Shown here in pieces: positions 29,744 to 42,450 of a DNA stretch of 64,000 bases (its first letter is position 1; every line of letters starts with the position of its first letter). The notes under the pieces were generated by a model. It made no database searches and was not told the DNA's origin. It was given only the letters and a program-made list of their open reading frames with translations. The position numbers and the translations under genes were made by a program. Source of the stretch: Escherichia coli (lineage in GTDB: Bacteria; Pseudomonadota; Gammaproteobacteria; Enterobacterales; Enterobacteriaceae); the NCBI RefSeq assembly GCF_003790525.1, contig NZ_CP033635.1; one strand, 5' to 3'.

Positions 29744-30049
29744 TTACTTGCGGTAGAAAAATAAAATTCGGCGCAATTCTAACAGGGAAAGCAAACGTTT
29801 GCGAGACTGCTTTACACAACCTTTTTGTACGTCTTTTCCCCAGGCGCGCGGCAAAAGAATACTTGTACCAGGGTAAAGGTTAGTTTTCGGATGGAATAAT
29901 CTTCTTCCATAACCATTTGAATATAAAATAACTTTATCTCAAACCGTTATCATTTTGACTAAAGTCAACGAAAATAATATTGCCGCCTTGAAGAAAGGAG
30001 GTATAATCCGTCGATTTTTTTTGTGGCTGCCCCTCAAAGGAGAAAGAGT

Positions 30050-30676
30050 ATGAAGATCGTGGAAGTCAAACACCCACTCGTCAAACACAAGCTGGGACTG
30101 ATGCGTGAGCAAGATATCAGCACCAAGCGCTTTCGCGAACTCGCTTCCGAAGTGGGTAGCCTGCTGACTTACGAAGCGACCGCCGACCTCGAAACGGAAA
30201 AAGTCACTATCGAAGGCTGGAACGGCCCGGTAGAAATCGACCAGATCAAAGGTAAGAAAATTACCGTTGTGCCAATTCTGCGTGCCGGTCTGGGGATGAT
30301 GGACGGTGTGCTGGAAAACGTTCCGAGCGCGCGCATCAGCGTCGTCGGTATGTACCGTAATGAAGAAACGCTGGAGCCGGTACCGTACTTCCAGAAACTG
30401 GTTTCTAACATCGATGAGCGTATGGCGCTGATCGTTGACCCAATGCTGGCAACCGGTGGTTCCGTTATCGCGACCATCGACCTGCTGAAAAAAGCGGGCT
30501 GCAGCAGCATCAAAGTTCTGGTGCTGGTAGCTGCGCCAGAAGGTATCGCTGCGCTGGAAAAAGCGCACCCGGACGTCGAACTGTATACTGCATCGATTGA
30601 CCAGGGACTGAACGAGCACGGATACATTATTCCGGGCCTCGGCGATGCCGGTGACAAAATCTTTGGTACGAAATAA
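30050..30676 (+). CDS. upp: Uracil phosphoribosyltransferase
   Basis: 208 aa from [18 protein letters not shown]-track N-terminal extension trimmed. Confidence 0.95.
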
Positions 30677-30693
30677 AGAATAAAAATAATTAA

Positions 30694-30721
30694 AGCCGAC
30701 TTTAAGAGTCGGCTTTTTTTT
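30694..30721 (+). terminator. Intrinsic terminator / attenuator between upp and uraA
   Basis: AGCCGAC-N7-GTCGGCT hairpin followed by eight T. Confidence 0.6.
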
Positions 30722-30761
30722 GAGTAAAGCGCCTATAACACATAATACAGAGGATAATACT

Positions 30762-32051
30762 ATGACGCGCCGTGCTATCGGGGTGAGTGAAAGACCGCCA
30801 CTTTTACAGACAATCCCGCTTAGTTTGCAACATTTGTTCGCCATGTTTGGTGCAACCGTCCTGGTGCCCGTCTTATTTCATATTAACCCGGCGACTGTAC
30901 TGTTATTTAACGGTATAGGAACGCTGCTGTATCTCTTCATCTGTAAAGGGAAAATCCCGGCTTATCTTGGTTCCAGCTTTGCCTTTATTTCACCGGTATT
31001 GTTACTGTTGCCGTTAGGGTATGAAGTCGCGCTGGGCGGCTTTATTATGTGCGGCGTGCTGTTCTGCCTGGTTTCTTTTATCGTGAAGAAAGCGGGGACC
31101 GGCTGGCTGGACGTGCTGTTTCCACCTGCGGCAATGGGCGCAATCGTTGCCGTCATCGGTCTGGAGTTGGCGGGCGTAGCTGCCGGTATGGCAGGTTTAC
31201 TCCCGGCTGAAGGGCAAACGCCAGACTCCAAAACCATCATCATCTCCATTACCACCCTGGCGGTCACGGTTTTAGGTTCCGTGCTGTTTCGTGGTTTCCT
31301 GGCAATTATCCCGATTTTAATTGGCGTGCTGGTGGGCTACGCGCTCTCTTTCGCAATGGGAATTGTCGATACCACGCCGATTATTAATGCTCACTGGTTT
31401 GCGCTGCCAACCCTCTATACGCCGCGCTTCGAGTGGTTTGCCATTCTGACTATTCTACCAGCGGCGTTAGTGGTTATTGCCGAACACGTAGGGCACCTGG
31501 TGGTAACGGCTAATATCGTCAAAAAAGATCTGCTGCGCGATCCAGGTCTGCACCGTTCGATGTTTGCTAACGGCTTGTCGACCGTGATCTCCGGCTTCTT
31601 TGGCTCCACGCCAAACACCACTTACGGAGAAAACATTGGCGTGATGGCGATCACCCGTGTTTACAGTACCTGGGTTATCGGCGGTGCGGCGATTTTCGCT
31701 ATCCTGCTTTCCTGCGTCGGTAAACTGGCTGCTGCTATCCAGATGATTCCATTGCCGGTGATGGGCGGCGTTTCGCTGCTGCTTTACGGTGTCATCGGTG
31801 CTTCCGGTATTCGTGTGTTGATCGAATCGAAAGTGGATTACAACAAAGCACAGAACCTGATCCTGACTTCCGTTATTTTGATCATCGGCGTCAGTGGCGC
31901 GAAGGTAAACATTGGCGCGGCGGAGCTGAAAGGTATGGCGCTGGCGACCATCGTCGGTATCGGCTTAAGTTTGATCTTCAAACTGATTAGTATGCTGCGC
32001 CCTGAAGAAGTGGTGCTGGACGCAGAAGACGCGGATATAACAGACAAATAA
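30762..32051 (+). CDS. uraA: Uracil permease
   Basis: 429 aa from [10 protein letters not shown]; polytopic membrane protein. Confidence 0.95.
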   Translation: MTRRAIGVSERPPLLQTIPLSLQHLFAMFGATVLVPVLFHINPATVLLFNGIGTLLYLFICKGKIPAYLGSSFAFISPVLLLLPLGYEVALGGFIMCGVLFCLVSFIVKKAGTGWLDVLFPPAAMGAIVAVIGLELAGVAAGMAGLLPAEGQTPDSKTIIISITTLAVTVLGSVLFRGFLAIIPILIGVLVGYALSFAMGIVDTTPIINAHWFALPTLYTPRFEWFAILTILPAALVVIAEHVGHLVVTANIVKKDLLRDPGLHRSMFANGLSTVISGFFGSTPNTTYGENIGVMAITRVYSTWVIGGAAIFAILLSCVGKLAAAIQMIPLPVMGGVSLLLYGVIGASGIRVLIESKVDYNKAQNLILTSVILIIGVSGAKVNIGAAELKGMALATIVGIGLSLIFKLISMLRPEEVVLDAEDADITDK

Positions 32052-32145
32052 TGTACCGACCGGGCAGTGTTGCTGCCCGGTTCAAACATCATGGGATTCT
32101 GTGGTAAACTTCTCGCGATTTTGTGAAATCCTGGTTGAGGTATCT

Positions 32146-32847
32146 CTGAACACACCGGCACAGCTCTCTTTGCCACTTTATCTTCCTGACGACGAAACCT
32201 TTGCAAGTTTCTGGCCGGGGGATAACTCCTCTTTACTGGCCGCGCTGCAAAACGTGCTGCGTCAGGAACATAGCGGTTACATCTATCTCTGGGCACGCGA
32301 AGGCGCGGGGCGCAGCCATCTGCTGCACGCGGCTTGCGCGGAATTGTCACAGCGTGGCGATGCGGTGGGTTATGTCCCGCTGGATAAACGCACCTGGTTT
32401 GTTCCGGAAGTGCTCGACGGTATGGAGCATTTGTCGCTGGTCTGTATCGACAACATTGAGTGTATTGCAGGCGATGAGTTGTGGGAGATGGCGATTTTCG
32501 ATCTCTACAATCGAATTCTGGAATCGGGTAAAACACGGTTGTTGATCACCGGCGATCGTCCACCGCGGCAGTTGAATCTGGGATTACCGGATCTCGCGTC
32601 GCGTCTCGACTGGGGGCAGATCTACAAATTGCAGCCACTTTCTGATGAAGATAAGTTGCAGGCGCTACAGTTACGCGCTCGTTTGCGTGGTTTTGAACTG
32701 CCGGAAGATGTGGGGCGTTTCTTGCTGAAGCGGCTCGACAGAGAAATGCGCACGTTATTTATGACGCTGGATCAGTTGGATCGTGCGTCGATTACCGCGC
32801 AACGTAAGCTGACCATTCCGTTTGTGAAAGAAATTCTGAAGTTGTAG
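32146..32847 (+). CDS. hda: DnaA regulatory inactivator Hda (non-AUG start; ORF-track frame begins at GTG 32101)
   Basis: Established knowledge places the Hda start at an in-frame CTG giving 233 aa; CTG present at 32146. Confidence 0.8.
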
Positions 32848-32883
32848 ACAAGACGTTTATTGTCGGAAATGCACCCATAGTAT

Positions 32884-32926
32884 TCGTCGGCCGGATAAGA
32901 CGCGGCAAGCGTCGCATCCGGCAATG
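32884..32926. repeat. REP (repetitive extragenic palindromic) element
   Basis: GCCGGATAAG...GCATCCGGC-type palindromic unit in the hda / yfgD intergenic region. Confidence 0.6.
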
Positions 32927-32952
32927 TGCTTCAACTAGCGATGGAGCACTTC

Positions 32953-33312
32953 TTAACCCACGATTTCCAGTACCTGCTCCGGTGGACGACCAATCCGCGC
33001 TTTGCCATTCGCGACCACAATCGGGCGCTCCATTAGCTTTGGATTATCCACCATTGCCTGAATCAGCGCCCCTTCGCTAAGCGAACTGTCAGCCAGGTTC
33101 AGTTCTTTATAAAGATCCTCTTTCTGGCGCATCAATTCACGAGCGCTATTCATTCCCAGCATTTTCAGCAAATCACGCAGCGTTGCCGCATCGGCGGGTG
33201 TCTGAAGGTAGAGCACCACTTCTGGCTCCACGCCGTTTTCTTTCAGCAGGTTCAGCGTTTCCCGGCTCTTTGAACAGCGTGGGTTATGGTAGATTTTTAC
33301 CTGTTTGGTCAT
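32953..33312 (-). CDS. yfgD: ArsC-family protein YfgD (119 aa)
   Basis: Size and position as in K-12; N-terminal ...YHNPRCSKSR motif. Confidence 0.85.
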   Translation of the reverse strand: MTKQVKIYHNPRCSKSRETLNLLKENGVEPEVVLYLQTPADAATLRDLLKMLGMNSARELMRQKEDLYKELNLADSSLSEGALIQAMVDNPKLMERPIVVANGKARIGRPPEQVLEIVG

Positions 33313-33332
33313 TGTTCTTCCTTTAATGCGAA

Positions 33333-34796
33333 TTACATCTTGGTATAAGGCTTAAAGCGTTCCTGCAGCTGGCGCAACTGGTCGATGCGCGCATCGTAAC
33401 GCGCTTGTTGCAGGCTGCCTAATTTCACCTGCGAACTGGCGCTACTCAACAAGGAAATGGCCTGATCGAGTCGCCCGGCGAGCGCATAACCTTCTGCTCG
33501 CGCAGCCAGTTCCTGATCGCGGTTATTTAGCGCGGCTTCCGCCTGTGCCAGTAAATCCCAGCCGTTGCTGTCATCTTTATTATTAAAAGTGTAGCGATTC
33601 AGAATATTGGCCGCTTCTTGTGGTTGACCGCCTTGCAGATAAGCGTTCGCCAGGTTGAGCTGCAACACCGGATTGGTGCGCAAATCACGGGCATTTTTCA
33701 GGCGATTGATTGCCTCATTGGCTTTGTTTTGCCCAAGATCGATATCGGTAGCCAGATCGAGATACCATGCGTTACCAGGTTCTGCCGCCAGTAACGGTTG
33801 CAGCGTTTTACGCGCCTCATCGTATTTATTGGCTTCCATCGCCTGTAGAGCACGACCATATTGCGCCGCTCGTTGCTGACGAACGTTTCCTTTCGCCCAT
33901 TCATCCAGCAAATCACTGGTGAGCTGGTTACGTCCGGAATTATACATCCCCAGTGTGCGCACTTTTGCCAGATAGAAATCTTCTGACGATTGCACCACCA
34001 TCGGGCGCATCTGATTGGCACGGTTACGGGCATCAGCCAGACGGCTTTCCGGTAGTGGGTGAGTGAGCAGAATTTCTGGTGGGCGCGAGGAGTAACGCGC
34101 CTGATCGAGTAATTTTTCGAGGAAGGTCGGCATCGCCTGCGGATCGAATCCCGAGCGTTGCAGCACCTGAATACCAATGCGGTCCGCTTCCTGTTCATTT
34201 TGCTGGGTGAAACTGATCATCCCCTGGCGCGTTCCCGCCAGTGTACCGGTCAGCGCCGCCATCCCCGCCTGCGGACTGGCCATCGCCAGTAAAATAGAAC
34301 CTAACGCGCCGACCCAGGTCAGCGGCGCGCTGCGCTGCTGATCTTCCATCGCTCGCGCCAGGTGACGTTGGGTGACGTGGGAGATTTCGTGCGCCATAAC
34401 TGAAGCCAGTTGACTTTCGTTATCGGAATAACGGAACAGGGCAGAGTGCAGCACCACGTTGCCGCCAAAGAAAGCAAAGGCGTTAATTTCGTCGTTGTTG
34501 ATCAGAAAGAAATGAAACGGTGTCTTAACCGAATTGGCATGCGAAACCAGACGCATCCCCAGCGAATTAATATATTGCGTTAACAGCGGGTCATTAATTA
34601 ACGGCGCGCTGCCGCGTAGCTGGCGGACATAATAGTCGCCCATCTGCATTTCCTGGCCAATGGAAAGCGTGCTTCCTGCGGAGGTTCCCATATCCGGCAA
34701 GGTGTCTGCGCTGTCGGCAAACGCCGGGGCTACCTGACCAATGGTCATAGCAGCAATGAGGGTTGCAACCAGGTTTTTTTTCAACTGCCTGAACAT
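33333..34796 (-). CDS. bepA: Periplasmic beta-barrel assembly-enhancing protease BepA (M48 peptidase with TPR domain)
   Basis: 487 aa with HEISH zinc motif and signal peptide. Confidence 0.9.
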   Translation of the reverse strand: MFRQLKKNLVATLIAAMTIGQVAPAFADSADTLPDMGTSAGSTLSIGQEMQMGDYYVRQLRGSAPLINDPLLTQYINSLGMRLVSHANSVKTPFHFFLINNDEINAFAFFGGNVVLHSALFRYSDNESQLASVMAHEISHVTQRHLARAMEDQQRSAPLTWVGALGSILLAMASPQAGMAALTGTLAGTRQGMISFTQQNEQEADRIGIQVLQRSGFDPQAMPTFLEKLLDQARYSSRPPEILLTHPLPESRLADARNRANQMRPMVVQSSEDFYLAKVRTLGMYNSGRNQLTSDLLDEWAKGNVRQQRAAQYGRALQAMEANKYDEARKTLQPLLAAEPGNAWYLDLATDIDLGQNKANEAINRLKNARDLRTNPVLQLNLANAYLQGGQPQEAANILNRYTFNNKDDSNGWDLLAQAEAALNNRDQELAARAEGYALAGRLDQAISLLSSASSQVKLGSLQQARYDARIDQLRQLQERFKPYTKM

Positions 34797-35008
34797 AACC
34801 TCTATCCTGTATTTCTGAAGATAGTCATTTGACCGATACTGTGAAATATCGTTCCCACCGCGCCGCCTTTGAGTGTAACGGCGAAGATTAGCCCACTCAA
34901 ATGACTTTTCAGTTTCCTGAATCCGTCATAAAAAGCGAAGTCTTTTTTGTGACATTTCGATACAATTGCGGATCGCAATCCCGCTCTTGAGGTTCAGGGA
35001 AGGTCTTT

Positions 35009-36070
35009 ATGCTCGAAATGTTGATGCAATGGTATCGCCGCCGTTTTAGCGACCCGGAAGCGATTGCCTTGCTGGTTATTTTAGTTGCCGGATTTGGCAT
35101 TATCTTTTTCTTTAGTGGCCTGCTTGCTCCGTTGCTGGTGGCTATTGTGCTGGCCTATTTGCTGGAATGGCCAACCGTGCGCCTGCAATCTATTGGCTGC
35201 TCCCGCCGCTGGGCGACGTCGATTGTATTGGTGGTTTTCGTCGGTATATTGCTACTGATGGCGTTCGTGGTGCTGCCTATCGCCTGGCAACAGGGCATCT
35301 ACTTAATCCGCGATATGCCGGGGATGCTCAATAAGCTTTCTGACTTTGCCGCCACGTTGCCGCGCCGCTATCCGGCGTTAATGGACGCGGGCATTATTGA
35401 TGCAATGGCCGAAAATATGCGCAGTCGGATGCTGACCATGGGCGATTCGGTGGTGAAAATTTCCCTCGCCTCGCTGGTCGGTTTGCTGACCATAGCCGTC
35501 TATCTGGTGCTGGTGCCATTGATGGTCTTCTTCCTGCTGAAAGACAAAGAGCAGATGCTGAACGCCGTTCGTCGGGTGCTGCCGCGTAACCGTGGGCTGG
35601 CAGGACAGGTGTGGAAGGAGATGAATCAACAAATCACCAACTATATCCGCGGCAAAGTGCTGGAGATGATCGTGGTGGGGATCGCCACCTGGCTGGGGTT
35701 CTTACTCTTCGGGCTGAACTATTCGCTGCTGCTGGCGGTGCTGGTCGGCTTCTCGGTACTTATTCCGTACATTGGTGCATTTGTGGTGACCATTCCGGTG
35801 GTTGGCGTGGCGCTATTCCAGTTTGGTGCTGGCACGGAATTCTGGAGCTGCTTCGCGGTGTATCTGATTATTCAGGCGCTGGACGGCAACCTGTTAGTAC
35901 CTGTGTTGTTCTCCGAAGCGGTTAACCTGCATCCGCTGGTCATTATTTTATCAGTAGTGATCTTCGGTGGTTTGTGGGGATTCTGGGGCGTATTCTTCGC
36001 CATTCCATTGGCGACGCTGATCAAAGCCGTGATTCACGCCTGGCCCGATGGGCAAATCGCGCAAGAATAA
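35009..36070 (+). CDS. perM: Predicted permease PerM (AI-2E transporter family)
   Basis: 353 aa polytopic membrane protein, K-12 order. Confidence 0.9.
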   Translation: MLEMLMQWYRRRFSDPEAIALLVILVAGFGIIFFFSGLLAPLLVAIVLAYLLEWPTVRLQSIGCSRRWATSIVLVVFVGILLLMAFVVLPIAWQQGIYLIRDMPGMLNKLSDFAATLPRRYPALMDAGIIDAMAENMRSRMLTMGDSVVKISLASLVGLLTIAVYLVLVPLMVFFLLKDKEQMLNAVRRVLPRNRGLAGQVWKEMNQQITNYIRGKVLEMIVVGIATWLGFLLFGLNYSLLLAVLVGFSVLIPYIGAFVVTIPVVGVALFQFGAGTEFWSCFAVYLIIQALDGNLLVPVLFSEAVNLHPLVIILSVVIFGGLWGFWGVFFAIPLATLIKAVIHAWPDGQIAQE

Positions 36071-36074
36071 TCTT

Positions 36075-36109
36075 CAGCCCGACGAACTGTTTCGCCGGGC
36101 TGATTTTTA
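36075..36109 (+). terminator. Intrinsic terminator after perM
   Basis: Long imperfect hairpin (CAGCCCGACGAA...TTCGCCGGGCTG) followed by ATTTTTA. Confidence 0.55.
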
Positions 36110-36955
36110 GGGTTCCTGACGTAAATAAATAGCCCGATAACAAATACTCACCAGCACTGCACCGCCGATAATATTACCCAGCATCACCGGGAGCAGATTG
36201 GCGGTAATAAAATGGCTGACCGTCAGTGCCGGAAAATGGTCTGCGCTACTGTGCGCCAGTTGCCAGAAGGAGGTAGGGGCGAAATGGCGAATGGCAATGG
36301 CGAACGGAATCACAAACAAATTGGCGATACAGTGCTCAAAACCACTGGCGACAAACAGGGTGATGGGCAAAATCATGGCGACGATTTTGTCGCATAACGA
36401 ACGTCCGCAATAACTCATCCACAGCGCCAGGCAAACCATCACATTGCACATAATGCCGAGGCTGACTGATTCAGTAAATGTATGATGCATTTTGCCCTCG
36501 GCGCAGTGTAAAACCGCGACTCCCCACATCGCGTTTTCACTCATCACCAGCCCGGAAAACCAAATTAACAAACTGAAACAGGCAATACCTGCCAGATTAC
36601 CGCAGGCCACCAGAAGTGCATTAATCAGCCATGTTCGCCAGCTAATAACGCCCCGACTTTTTGCCATCACCGTCATTACCGACGAGGTGAACAGGCTGGT
36701 GCCGCAAACCGCCAGCAAAATAAAGCCGAGCGTAAAGCAAAGGCCTCCCACCAGATGGGTTAATGCCTGTGAAGACGGGGCATCGGCGATAACGGTAAGG
36801 TAAAAAGTAAATCCGATCGCCATAAACACGCCTGCGGACATCGCCATTAAAAAGACCGACACTTTGCTGCGGGCAATTTTATGGGCGGCAATCCGTTCAG
36901 CGATTGCCGCTTTTCTGGCGCTCAACTGCAAGTCGAAAGAGAGTTTGTTTCTCAT
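36107..36955 (-). CDS. focB: Formate channel FocB
   Basis: 282 aa FNT-family membrane protein downstream of hyfR. Confidence 0.9.
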   Translation of the reverse strand: MRNKLSFDLQLSARKAAIAERIAAHKIARSKVSVFLMAMSAGVFMAIGFTFYLTVIADAPSSQALTHLVGGLCFTLGFILLAVCGTSLFTSSVMTVMAKSRGVISWRTWLINALLVACGNLAGIACFSLLIWFSGLVMSENAMWGVAVLHCAEGKMHHTFTESVSLGIMCNVMVCLALWMSYCGRSLCDKIVAMILPITLFVASGFEHCIANLFVIPFAIAIRHFAPTSFWQLAHSSADHFPALTVSHFITANLLPVMLGNIIGGAVLVSICYRAIYLRQEP

Positions 36956-36976
36956 GAATACTCCTGCAAAAGCAGA

Positions 36977-38989
36977 TTACAACACCTCGCGAACCGAGAT
37001 CCCCAGACGCTGCATTCGTGACAGCAGCGTGGTGCGCTTCATCCCTAATCGTGTCGCCGCGCCACGGGGCCCGGCAACAATGCCATTGGTTTCTCGCAAT
37101 ACCTGAACAATGCGCTGACGTTCTTCTTCGTCATTCTCTGGCGTCGTCGGGTGCAGCAACTGCGCCATTGAACTGCGAAGCGCTGAATCTTCATTTAGCG
37201 TCGGCAGTAAACGGCTTTGTCGGACATTAAGATGTAAATTCAGACTGTTACCGCGAGTCAGTAGTACCGCTCGCTCAATCACGTTTTCCAGCTCGCGCAC
37301 GTTGCCCGGCCAGTCCCACGACATCAACTGGCGTAGCGCCTCGGTCGGGATGGCGTCAATTGCGCGATTCATATGGCGCGCCATTTTTTGCGTGAAATGC
37401 TTTGCTAAAAGAGGGATATCTTCCGGACGGTCGCGCAGTGGCGGCAGTTCCAGTGGGAAGACATTCAGGCGATAAAAGAGATCGCTGCGAAACTGGCGAT
37501 CTTCAACCATTTGCCACAAATCACGGTTGGTGGCGGCAATGACTCTGACATTTACCGGGATCGTTCTACTCCCGCCGAGACGCTCAATCTCCCGTTCCTG
37601 CAATACGCGCAGCAGTTTAGGCTGAAGTTCTAACGGCAGATCGCCAATTTCATCGAGAAACAACGTGCCGCCATCGGCAATTTCAAAACGACCACGATGG
37701 GTATTAATCGCACCAGTAAATGCCCCTTTGTCATGACCGAATAACTCACTTTCCAGAAGACTGGCGGGGATGGCAGCGCAGTTGATTTTGACCAGTGGCT
37801 TGTCGCGTCGTGGGCTAAGTTGATGGATCGCTCTGGCGATCACCTCTTTGCCGGTTCCGGTTTCACCACAAATCAACACCGTACTGTCGCTCTTCGCCAC
37901 AATATCTACCTGCTGGAGCAGGTCTTCCATTGCCTGGCTTTGATAGATAATGTCACCGACGCCCAGATTCGAAAGGAGCTGCTCGCTAAGCTGGTGGTTT
38001 TCTTGCTGCAAGCTTTCCTGCAAATCGGTCATGCTGCGCCAGGCATCGGCATTGCCAACGGCAATAGCGATGCGATCGGCAATATGTTGTAGTAGCTGGC
38101 AGTTTTCCTCACTAAAGAGAGTGGAAGAGGTATGCGCCAGCAACAATGCACCCGGTGTATGGTTGCCAAAGGTGAGCGGTATAAGGAGCGCAGATTCGCA
38201 GCCGTTAGATGCAAGTAAGTGTAATAACGGGTCGCGTTGCCAGAGAAACAGATCGTCTGCACGGTGCGTCAAGGTCGGTTGTCGGGTTTGTAGCGTTTGT
38301 GTCAGCAATACACTGTCGCCAGCCATATTGCGTGGCAGACACGCACAATGTGAGGCAGAAAGATCGCTGCACCACAGGCTGAACTTCTCGTTCTTTCGAT
38401 GATCGCCCAGTACCATACTGACTGAAGCCAGACCGAAAAAATGATGGATCTCACGAGCGACGTCAGCGATCAGATTGTCGAGATCAAGATGTGACAACAC
38501 TGCATTAGTGATATCCACCAGTACCCGATGATGATCGCGATCTTTCTCCAGCAAACGCAGCGCCACCTGCTGTTCTTCATCATTGAGCCATGATTGCAGA
38601 ACCGGAGTGATTATGTGTGCCAGCCAGTTAAACAGTGTGCAATCCTGGGGAGTAAAACGACTGCCGTGGGTGCGAATAAAGCGTAGCTCCGCCATTCCAC
38701 TACTGCCGAGAAGGACGGCGTGGCGCGAATAATCGACCATCTCACCCTGATACTTTGTTGTTGCCGTCACATCGCTGCCATCATCATGGTAGCGGTAATA
38801 GAAGTTGCTTTTGAGAACATGCAGTTCAATAAGTTGTACCGGGCTGAACGGCGGCGGCAGCGGGATGAAGGCGCGTAATAAAGACGCCTTGCCGTGTTTC
38901 TGCGCTAACCGCTCCGCGAGCATTCCGTTTACCGCTTCAATTGTTATTCCTTGCGGCGGGGCAAACATCGCCTCGTCTGACATAGCCAT
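36977..38989 (-). CDS. hyfR: Sigma54-dependent transcriptional activator HyfR
   Basis: GAF-like N-terminus, AAA+ sigma54-interaction motifs ([14 protein letters not shown]), C-terminal HTH. Confidence 0.9.
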   Translation of the reverse strand: MAMSDEAMFAPPQGITIEAVNGMLAERLAQKHGKASLLRAFIPLPPPFSPVQLIELHVLKSNFYYRYHDDGSDVTATTKYQGEMVDYSRHAVLLGSSGMAELRFIRTHGSRFTPQDCTLFNWLAHIITPVLQSWLNDEEQQVALRLLEKDRDHHRVLVDITNAVLSHLDLDNLIADVAREIHHFFGLASVSMVLGDHRKNEKFSLWCSDLSASHCACLPRNMAGDSVLLTQTLQTRQPTLTHRADDLFLWQRDPLLHLLASNGCESALLIPLTFGNHTPGALLLAHTSSTLFSEENCQLLQHIADRIAIAVGNADAWRSMTDLQESLQQENHQLSEQLLSNLGVGDIIYQSQAMEDLLQQVDIVAKSDSTVLICGETGTGKEVIARAIHQLSPRRDKPLVKINCAAIPASLLESELFGHDKGAFTGAINTHRGRFEIADGGTLFLDEIGDLPLELQPKLLRVLQEREIERLGGSRTIPVNVRVIAATNRDLWQMVEDRQFRSDLFYRLNVFPLELPPLRDRPEDIPLLAKHFTQKMARHMNRAIDAIPTEALRQLMSWDWPGNVRELENVIERAVLLTRGNSLNLHLNVRQSRLLPTLNEDSALRSSMAQLLHPTTPENDEEERQRIVQVLRETNGIVAGPRGAATRLGMKRTTLLSRMQRLGISVREVL

Positions 38990-39018
38990 CAACAGTCCTT
39001 ATTAATGAGAAATCCTTC

Positions 39019-39432
39019 TCACGCAATTTTTCTGGCCATCAGATAGATGGCCGGTTCCTGCACAATTTCATCCAACAGATGAATGAATTGAATGCTACGC
39101 GCCTGCCACGCCGACGTCGCGTCATCTGCCAGTGGCGCGAATGCCCGGGTCAACAGGGCGGTGTGGCTGGCGTCAATAACAATCTCACCAAAAGTCATCA
39201 CCCCCAGCATCTTACGTCGGGCTTGCTCCTCTTCGACCAGTGCAAGCCAATCTTCGTATTCCGTCAGTGGGCAGCGGAAGGCGACATTCAGACAATCAAT
39301 CACGCCAACGTGATGGCCGATAGCTAGCGAGTAATACATTACCTGAGAGCTGTGTTCCGGCATCTCGTCGCTACTGGCGACAAACTTTTTTCGCAGCGTC
39401 CAGAAAACAATTTCCCCGCACTCTTCAGTCAT
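39019..39432 (-). CDS. hyfJ: Hydrogenase-4 component J
   Basis: 137 aa from [14 protein letters not shown]-track extension trimmed. Confidence 0.85.
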   Translation of the reverse strand: MTEECGEIVFWTLRKKFVASSDEMPEHSSQVMYYSLAIGHHVGVIDCLNVAFRCPLTEYEDWLALVEEEQARRKMLGVMTFGEIVIDASHTALLTRAFAPLADDATSAWQARSIQFIHLLDEIVQEPAIYLMARKIA

Positions 39433-40183
39433 GTAACCCCCGGAGTACGCGAAAGAGTTGCTGAACGATACTATTGAGACGTGGATCGTCGGCATCGCGC
39501 AACCAGGTGTTAACCCGATTTCCTGTAGGATCGTCGCTTAAATGGCGCAGGAGTCGATCGCAAATTTCTCGCCCTTGACGATAGCCCGCCAGCCGCCTCG
39601 CTTCTCGCTCAATGGCGATACGCTGTGATGGCGGGATCTGCGGCCACAGCGGTTGCATGGTCACCCCGGTGGGATCGCGATAATCCACCGCGTGAATCTT
39701 CTGTTGCAGCAAACCGAGCGCCACGGCGAAACCGTGAATGGTGGCGGCCGGTGTTGGCGGGCAGCCGGGGATCCAAACATCAATGGGGACAATGGTGTCG
39801 CTGCCGCCCCAGACGCTGTAAAGATCGTGGAAAATACCGCCGCCGACACCGCACGCGCCGTAGGAAACACAAATTTTATGATCGGGGGCAGACTCATATG
39901 CCCGAAGTGCAGGCATACGCATCGCACGGGTGACTGCGCCAGTAAATAACAAAATATCGGCGTGACGCGGTGATGAAACAACCTTAATGCCAAAACGTTC
40001 TGCGTCGAATACGGGTGTGATGGCGGCAAAAATTTCGATTTCGCAGGCGTTACAGCCGCCGCAATCGACGCGATAAACGTAAGCCGAGCGACGGATATCC
40101 TGTAGCAAATGCTGCTTCATCTTTTGCGTTTGCTCGTCCAGCGTAATGGGCTGGCTGACATGTTGCGTAAGCACTGGACTCAT
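39425..40183 (-). CDS. hyfI: Hydrogenase-4 small subunit-like component I
   Basis: 252 aa, NuoB-like Cys motifs. Confidence 0.9.
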   Translation of the reverse strand: MSPVLTQHVSQPITLDEQTQKMKQHLLQDIRRSAYVYRVDCGGCNACEIEIFAAITPVFDAERFGIKVVSSPRHADILLFTGAVTRAMRMPALRAYESAPDHKICVSYGACGVGGGIFHDLYSVWGGSDTIVPIDVWIPGCPPTPAATIHGFAVALGLLQQKIHAVDYRDPTGVTMQPLWPQIPPSQRIAIEREARRLAGYRQGREICDRLLRHLSDDPTGNRVNTWLRDADDPRLNSIVQQLFRVLRGLHD

Positions 40184-40725
40184 AGCTGCTCCTTAGCCAC
40201 CAGCGGTTCATTTGTGTCGTCGTTGATCAGCGTCGCGCGTTGTTTGCATTCCGGGCAGACGCTCGCTTGCGCCCGTAACATTTCGCGGTTTTGTGGTGCA
40301 TTTTGTTGCTGTGCCAACAGTTCTGCAGCCAGTGCGACGGTTTTTTGCGGGGCAAACGGGCGTTCGCAACGGCTGCAACGTTGTAGATGGAACGTCGCGC
40401 GGGTATAGAGATCGGCTTTATTGGTGACGGTCAGTTCAAAGTTATTGGTAAGCTGAATGGCTCTGGTCGGGCACACTTCTTCACAACGTCCGCAGTAAAT
40501 ACAACGCCCCAGATAGAGCTGCCAGGTGCGCGTATTTTGCTGGTCGTCGGTCTGGATAGTCAGCGCATTTGCCGGACAAGCACAGGCGCAGGCACCGCAG
40601 GCAATACATTGGCTGGGCATCAGGTCCGGTTTCCCGCGAAAGCCTGGGCTGACCTCCAGTGGCGCGAAGGGATACTTCACCGTCGCGGTTCCGGCGCGCA
40701 TAATAGTTTTCAGTAACTTCAGCAT
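40180..40725 (-). CDS. hyfH: Hydrogenase-4 ferredoxin-type component H
   Basis: 181 aa with two 4Fe-4S Cys clusters. Confidence 0.9.
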   Translation of the reverse strand: MLKLLKTIMRAGTATVKYPFAPLEVSPGFRGKPDLMPSQCIACGACACACPANALTIQTDDQQNTRTWQLYLGRCIYCGRCEEVCPTRAIQLTNNFELTVTNKADLYTRATFHLQRCSRCERPFAPQKTVALAAELLAQQQNAPQNREMLRAQASVCPECKQRATLINDDTNEPLVAKEQL

Positions 40726-40734
40726 TTTCTGTCC

Positions 40735-42450
40735 TTACTTCAGCGGCGAACGGTTACGATCAATGCCGTAGCGTTCGATCTCTTTATACGGCACGGTTTT
40801 TGACTGGCGCTTGCGCACATCAACCAGCGTCACACGGTCGGTACAGGAGTAACAGGGATCAAGGCTACCGATAATCAGCGGTGCGTCAGAAACGGTATTG
40901 CCGCGCAGCATGTAACGCAGCACTGGCCAGTTGGCGTAGGTGGCGGCACGACAGCGCCAGCGGAACAATTTTTGGTTATCACCGAGCATGCTCCAGTGCA
41001 CGTCTTCACCGCGTGGCGCTTCAACAAAGCCCAGCGCGAATGCGTGAGGTTTATAGCTAAAGCCTTCGGTCAGCAGTGGGGTATCCGGCATGTTGTCGAG
41101 GGCAAATTCCAGCATTGCCAGCGAATCAAACGTCTCTTTGACACGGACCATCACGCGGGAGAAGACATCGCCGCCGGTAAAGGTAAACAGCGTTTTGGGA
41201 ATATTACCGTAGTCGGCGTAGGGGTGATCAAAGCGCAAATCACGGGCAAAACCACTGCCGCGGATCAGCGGCCCGACAGGGCTATAATCACGGGCGATTT
41301 GTCGGTCGAGAATGCCAATGCCCTGAGTGCGTTGTTCCATATTCGGCGTGGCAAGCAGCATCTCTACCAGCTCCGACACGTCGGCGCGCATCTCGCGCAC
41401 CAGTTTCAGCGTTTGCAGACGTTGCTCTTTGAGAATATCGCGGCGAACACCACCAATCAGATTCAGACCGTAGGTTTTACGCGACCCGGTCAGCAATTCC
41501 GCCATCGTCATCGACTTTTCCCGCACGCGGAAAAATTGCATAAAGCCGGTATCAAAACCAACAAAATGGCAGGAGAGGCCAAGGTTGAGCAAATGACTAT
41601 GCAGCCGTTCGACTTCCAGCAGAATCGAGCGAATAGTATGCGCTCGTTGCGGCACCTCAATCCCCAGTGCATTTTCAACCGAGTTGGTATAGGCCACACT
41701 GTGGGCAAAACCGCAAATCCCACACACGCGGTCGGATAAGAAGGTCACTTCGTTGTAGCCCATCCGCGTTTCTGCCAGTTTCTCCATGCCGCGATGGACA
41801 TAAAACAGGCGGTAATCAGCATCGACAATTTGCTCGCCATCCACAAACAAGCGGAAGTGACCTGGTTCATCGGAGGTGATATGCAGCGGGCCGACAGGGA
41901 TCACCCGCGCATCGCTGTTGCCCTCGTTGATAAACGGATACGTTTCGGTATCAGTCGTCGGTTCTGGGCGCAGTCGATAATCCATCGCGTCTTTGCGCAG
42001 CGGATGCATATCTTCCGGCCAGTCATCGGGCAACACCAGCCGACGCTGATCCGGCAGGCCAACCGGAATCAGCCCGTACATATCGCGAATTTCTCGCTCG
42101 CCCCAGACCGCGGCAGGGACGCGCGGTGTGACTGACGGAAACTCCCGACTGTCGGCATCGACCAGTGCCTTCACCACGATCCAGCATTTTTCGGCCCCTT
42201 CCATAGAAAGGGCATAATAAACCGCGTAATGACCGTTAAGTGTCCGCTCGTCGTTGCCAAACAGGACTGGAAGCCAGCCATCATGTTGATAATAAAGATA
42301 ATGCACAACGTCAGGCAGCAGATTGATTTTCACCGTAATGGTGACCTGTTCAGGCGTTTGTCGCTCTTCATCCAGCACCGCGCCGGGGAACTGCGTTTTC
42401 AGGGCGGCGAGAATCGCTTCGCCACGATTTGACGATGAATTAACGTTCAC
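40735..42450 (-). CDS. hyfG: Hydrogenase-4 large subunit component G (start uncertain; GTG at 42450 chosen)
   Basis: NiFe large-subunit-like; ORF-track start 42495 would overlap hyfF by 56 nt. Confidence 0.85.
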   Translation of the reverse strand: MNVNSSSNRGEAILAALKTQFPGAVLDEERQTPEQVTITVKINLLPDVVHYLYYQHDGWLPVLFGNDERTLNGHYAVYYALSMEGAEKCWIVVKALVDADSREFPSVTPRVPAAVWGEREIRDMYGLIPVGLPDQRRLVLPDDWPEDMHPLRKDAMDYRLRPEPTTDTETYPFINEGNSDARVIPVGPLHITSDEPGHFRLFVDGEQIVDADYRLFYVHRGMEKLAETRMGYNEVTFLSDRVCGICGFAHSVAYTNSVENALGIEVPQRAHTIRSILLEVERLHSHLLNLGLSCHFVGFDTGFMQFFRVREKSMTMAELLTGSRKTYGLNLIGGVRRDILKEQRLQTLKLVREMRADVSELVEMLLATPNMEQRTQGIGILDRQIARDYSPVGPLIRGSGFARDLRFDHPYADYGNIPKTLFTFTGGDVFSRVMVRVKETFDSLAMLEFALDNMPDTPLLTEGFSYKPHAFALGFVEAPRGEDVHWSMLGDNQKLFRWRCRAATYANWPVLRYMLRGNTVSDAPLIIGSLDPCYSCTDRVTLVDVRKRQSKTVPYKEIERYGIDRNRSPLK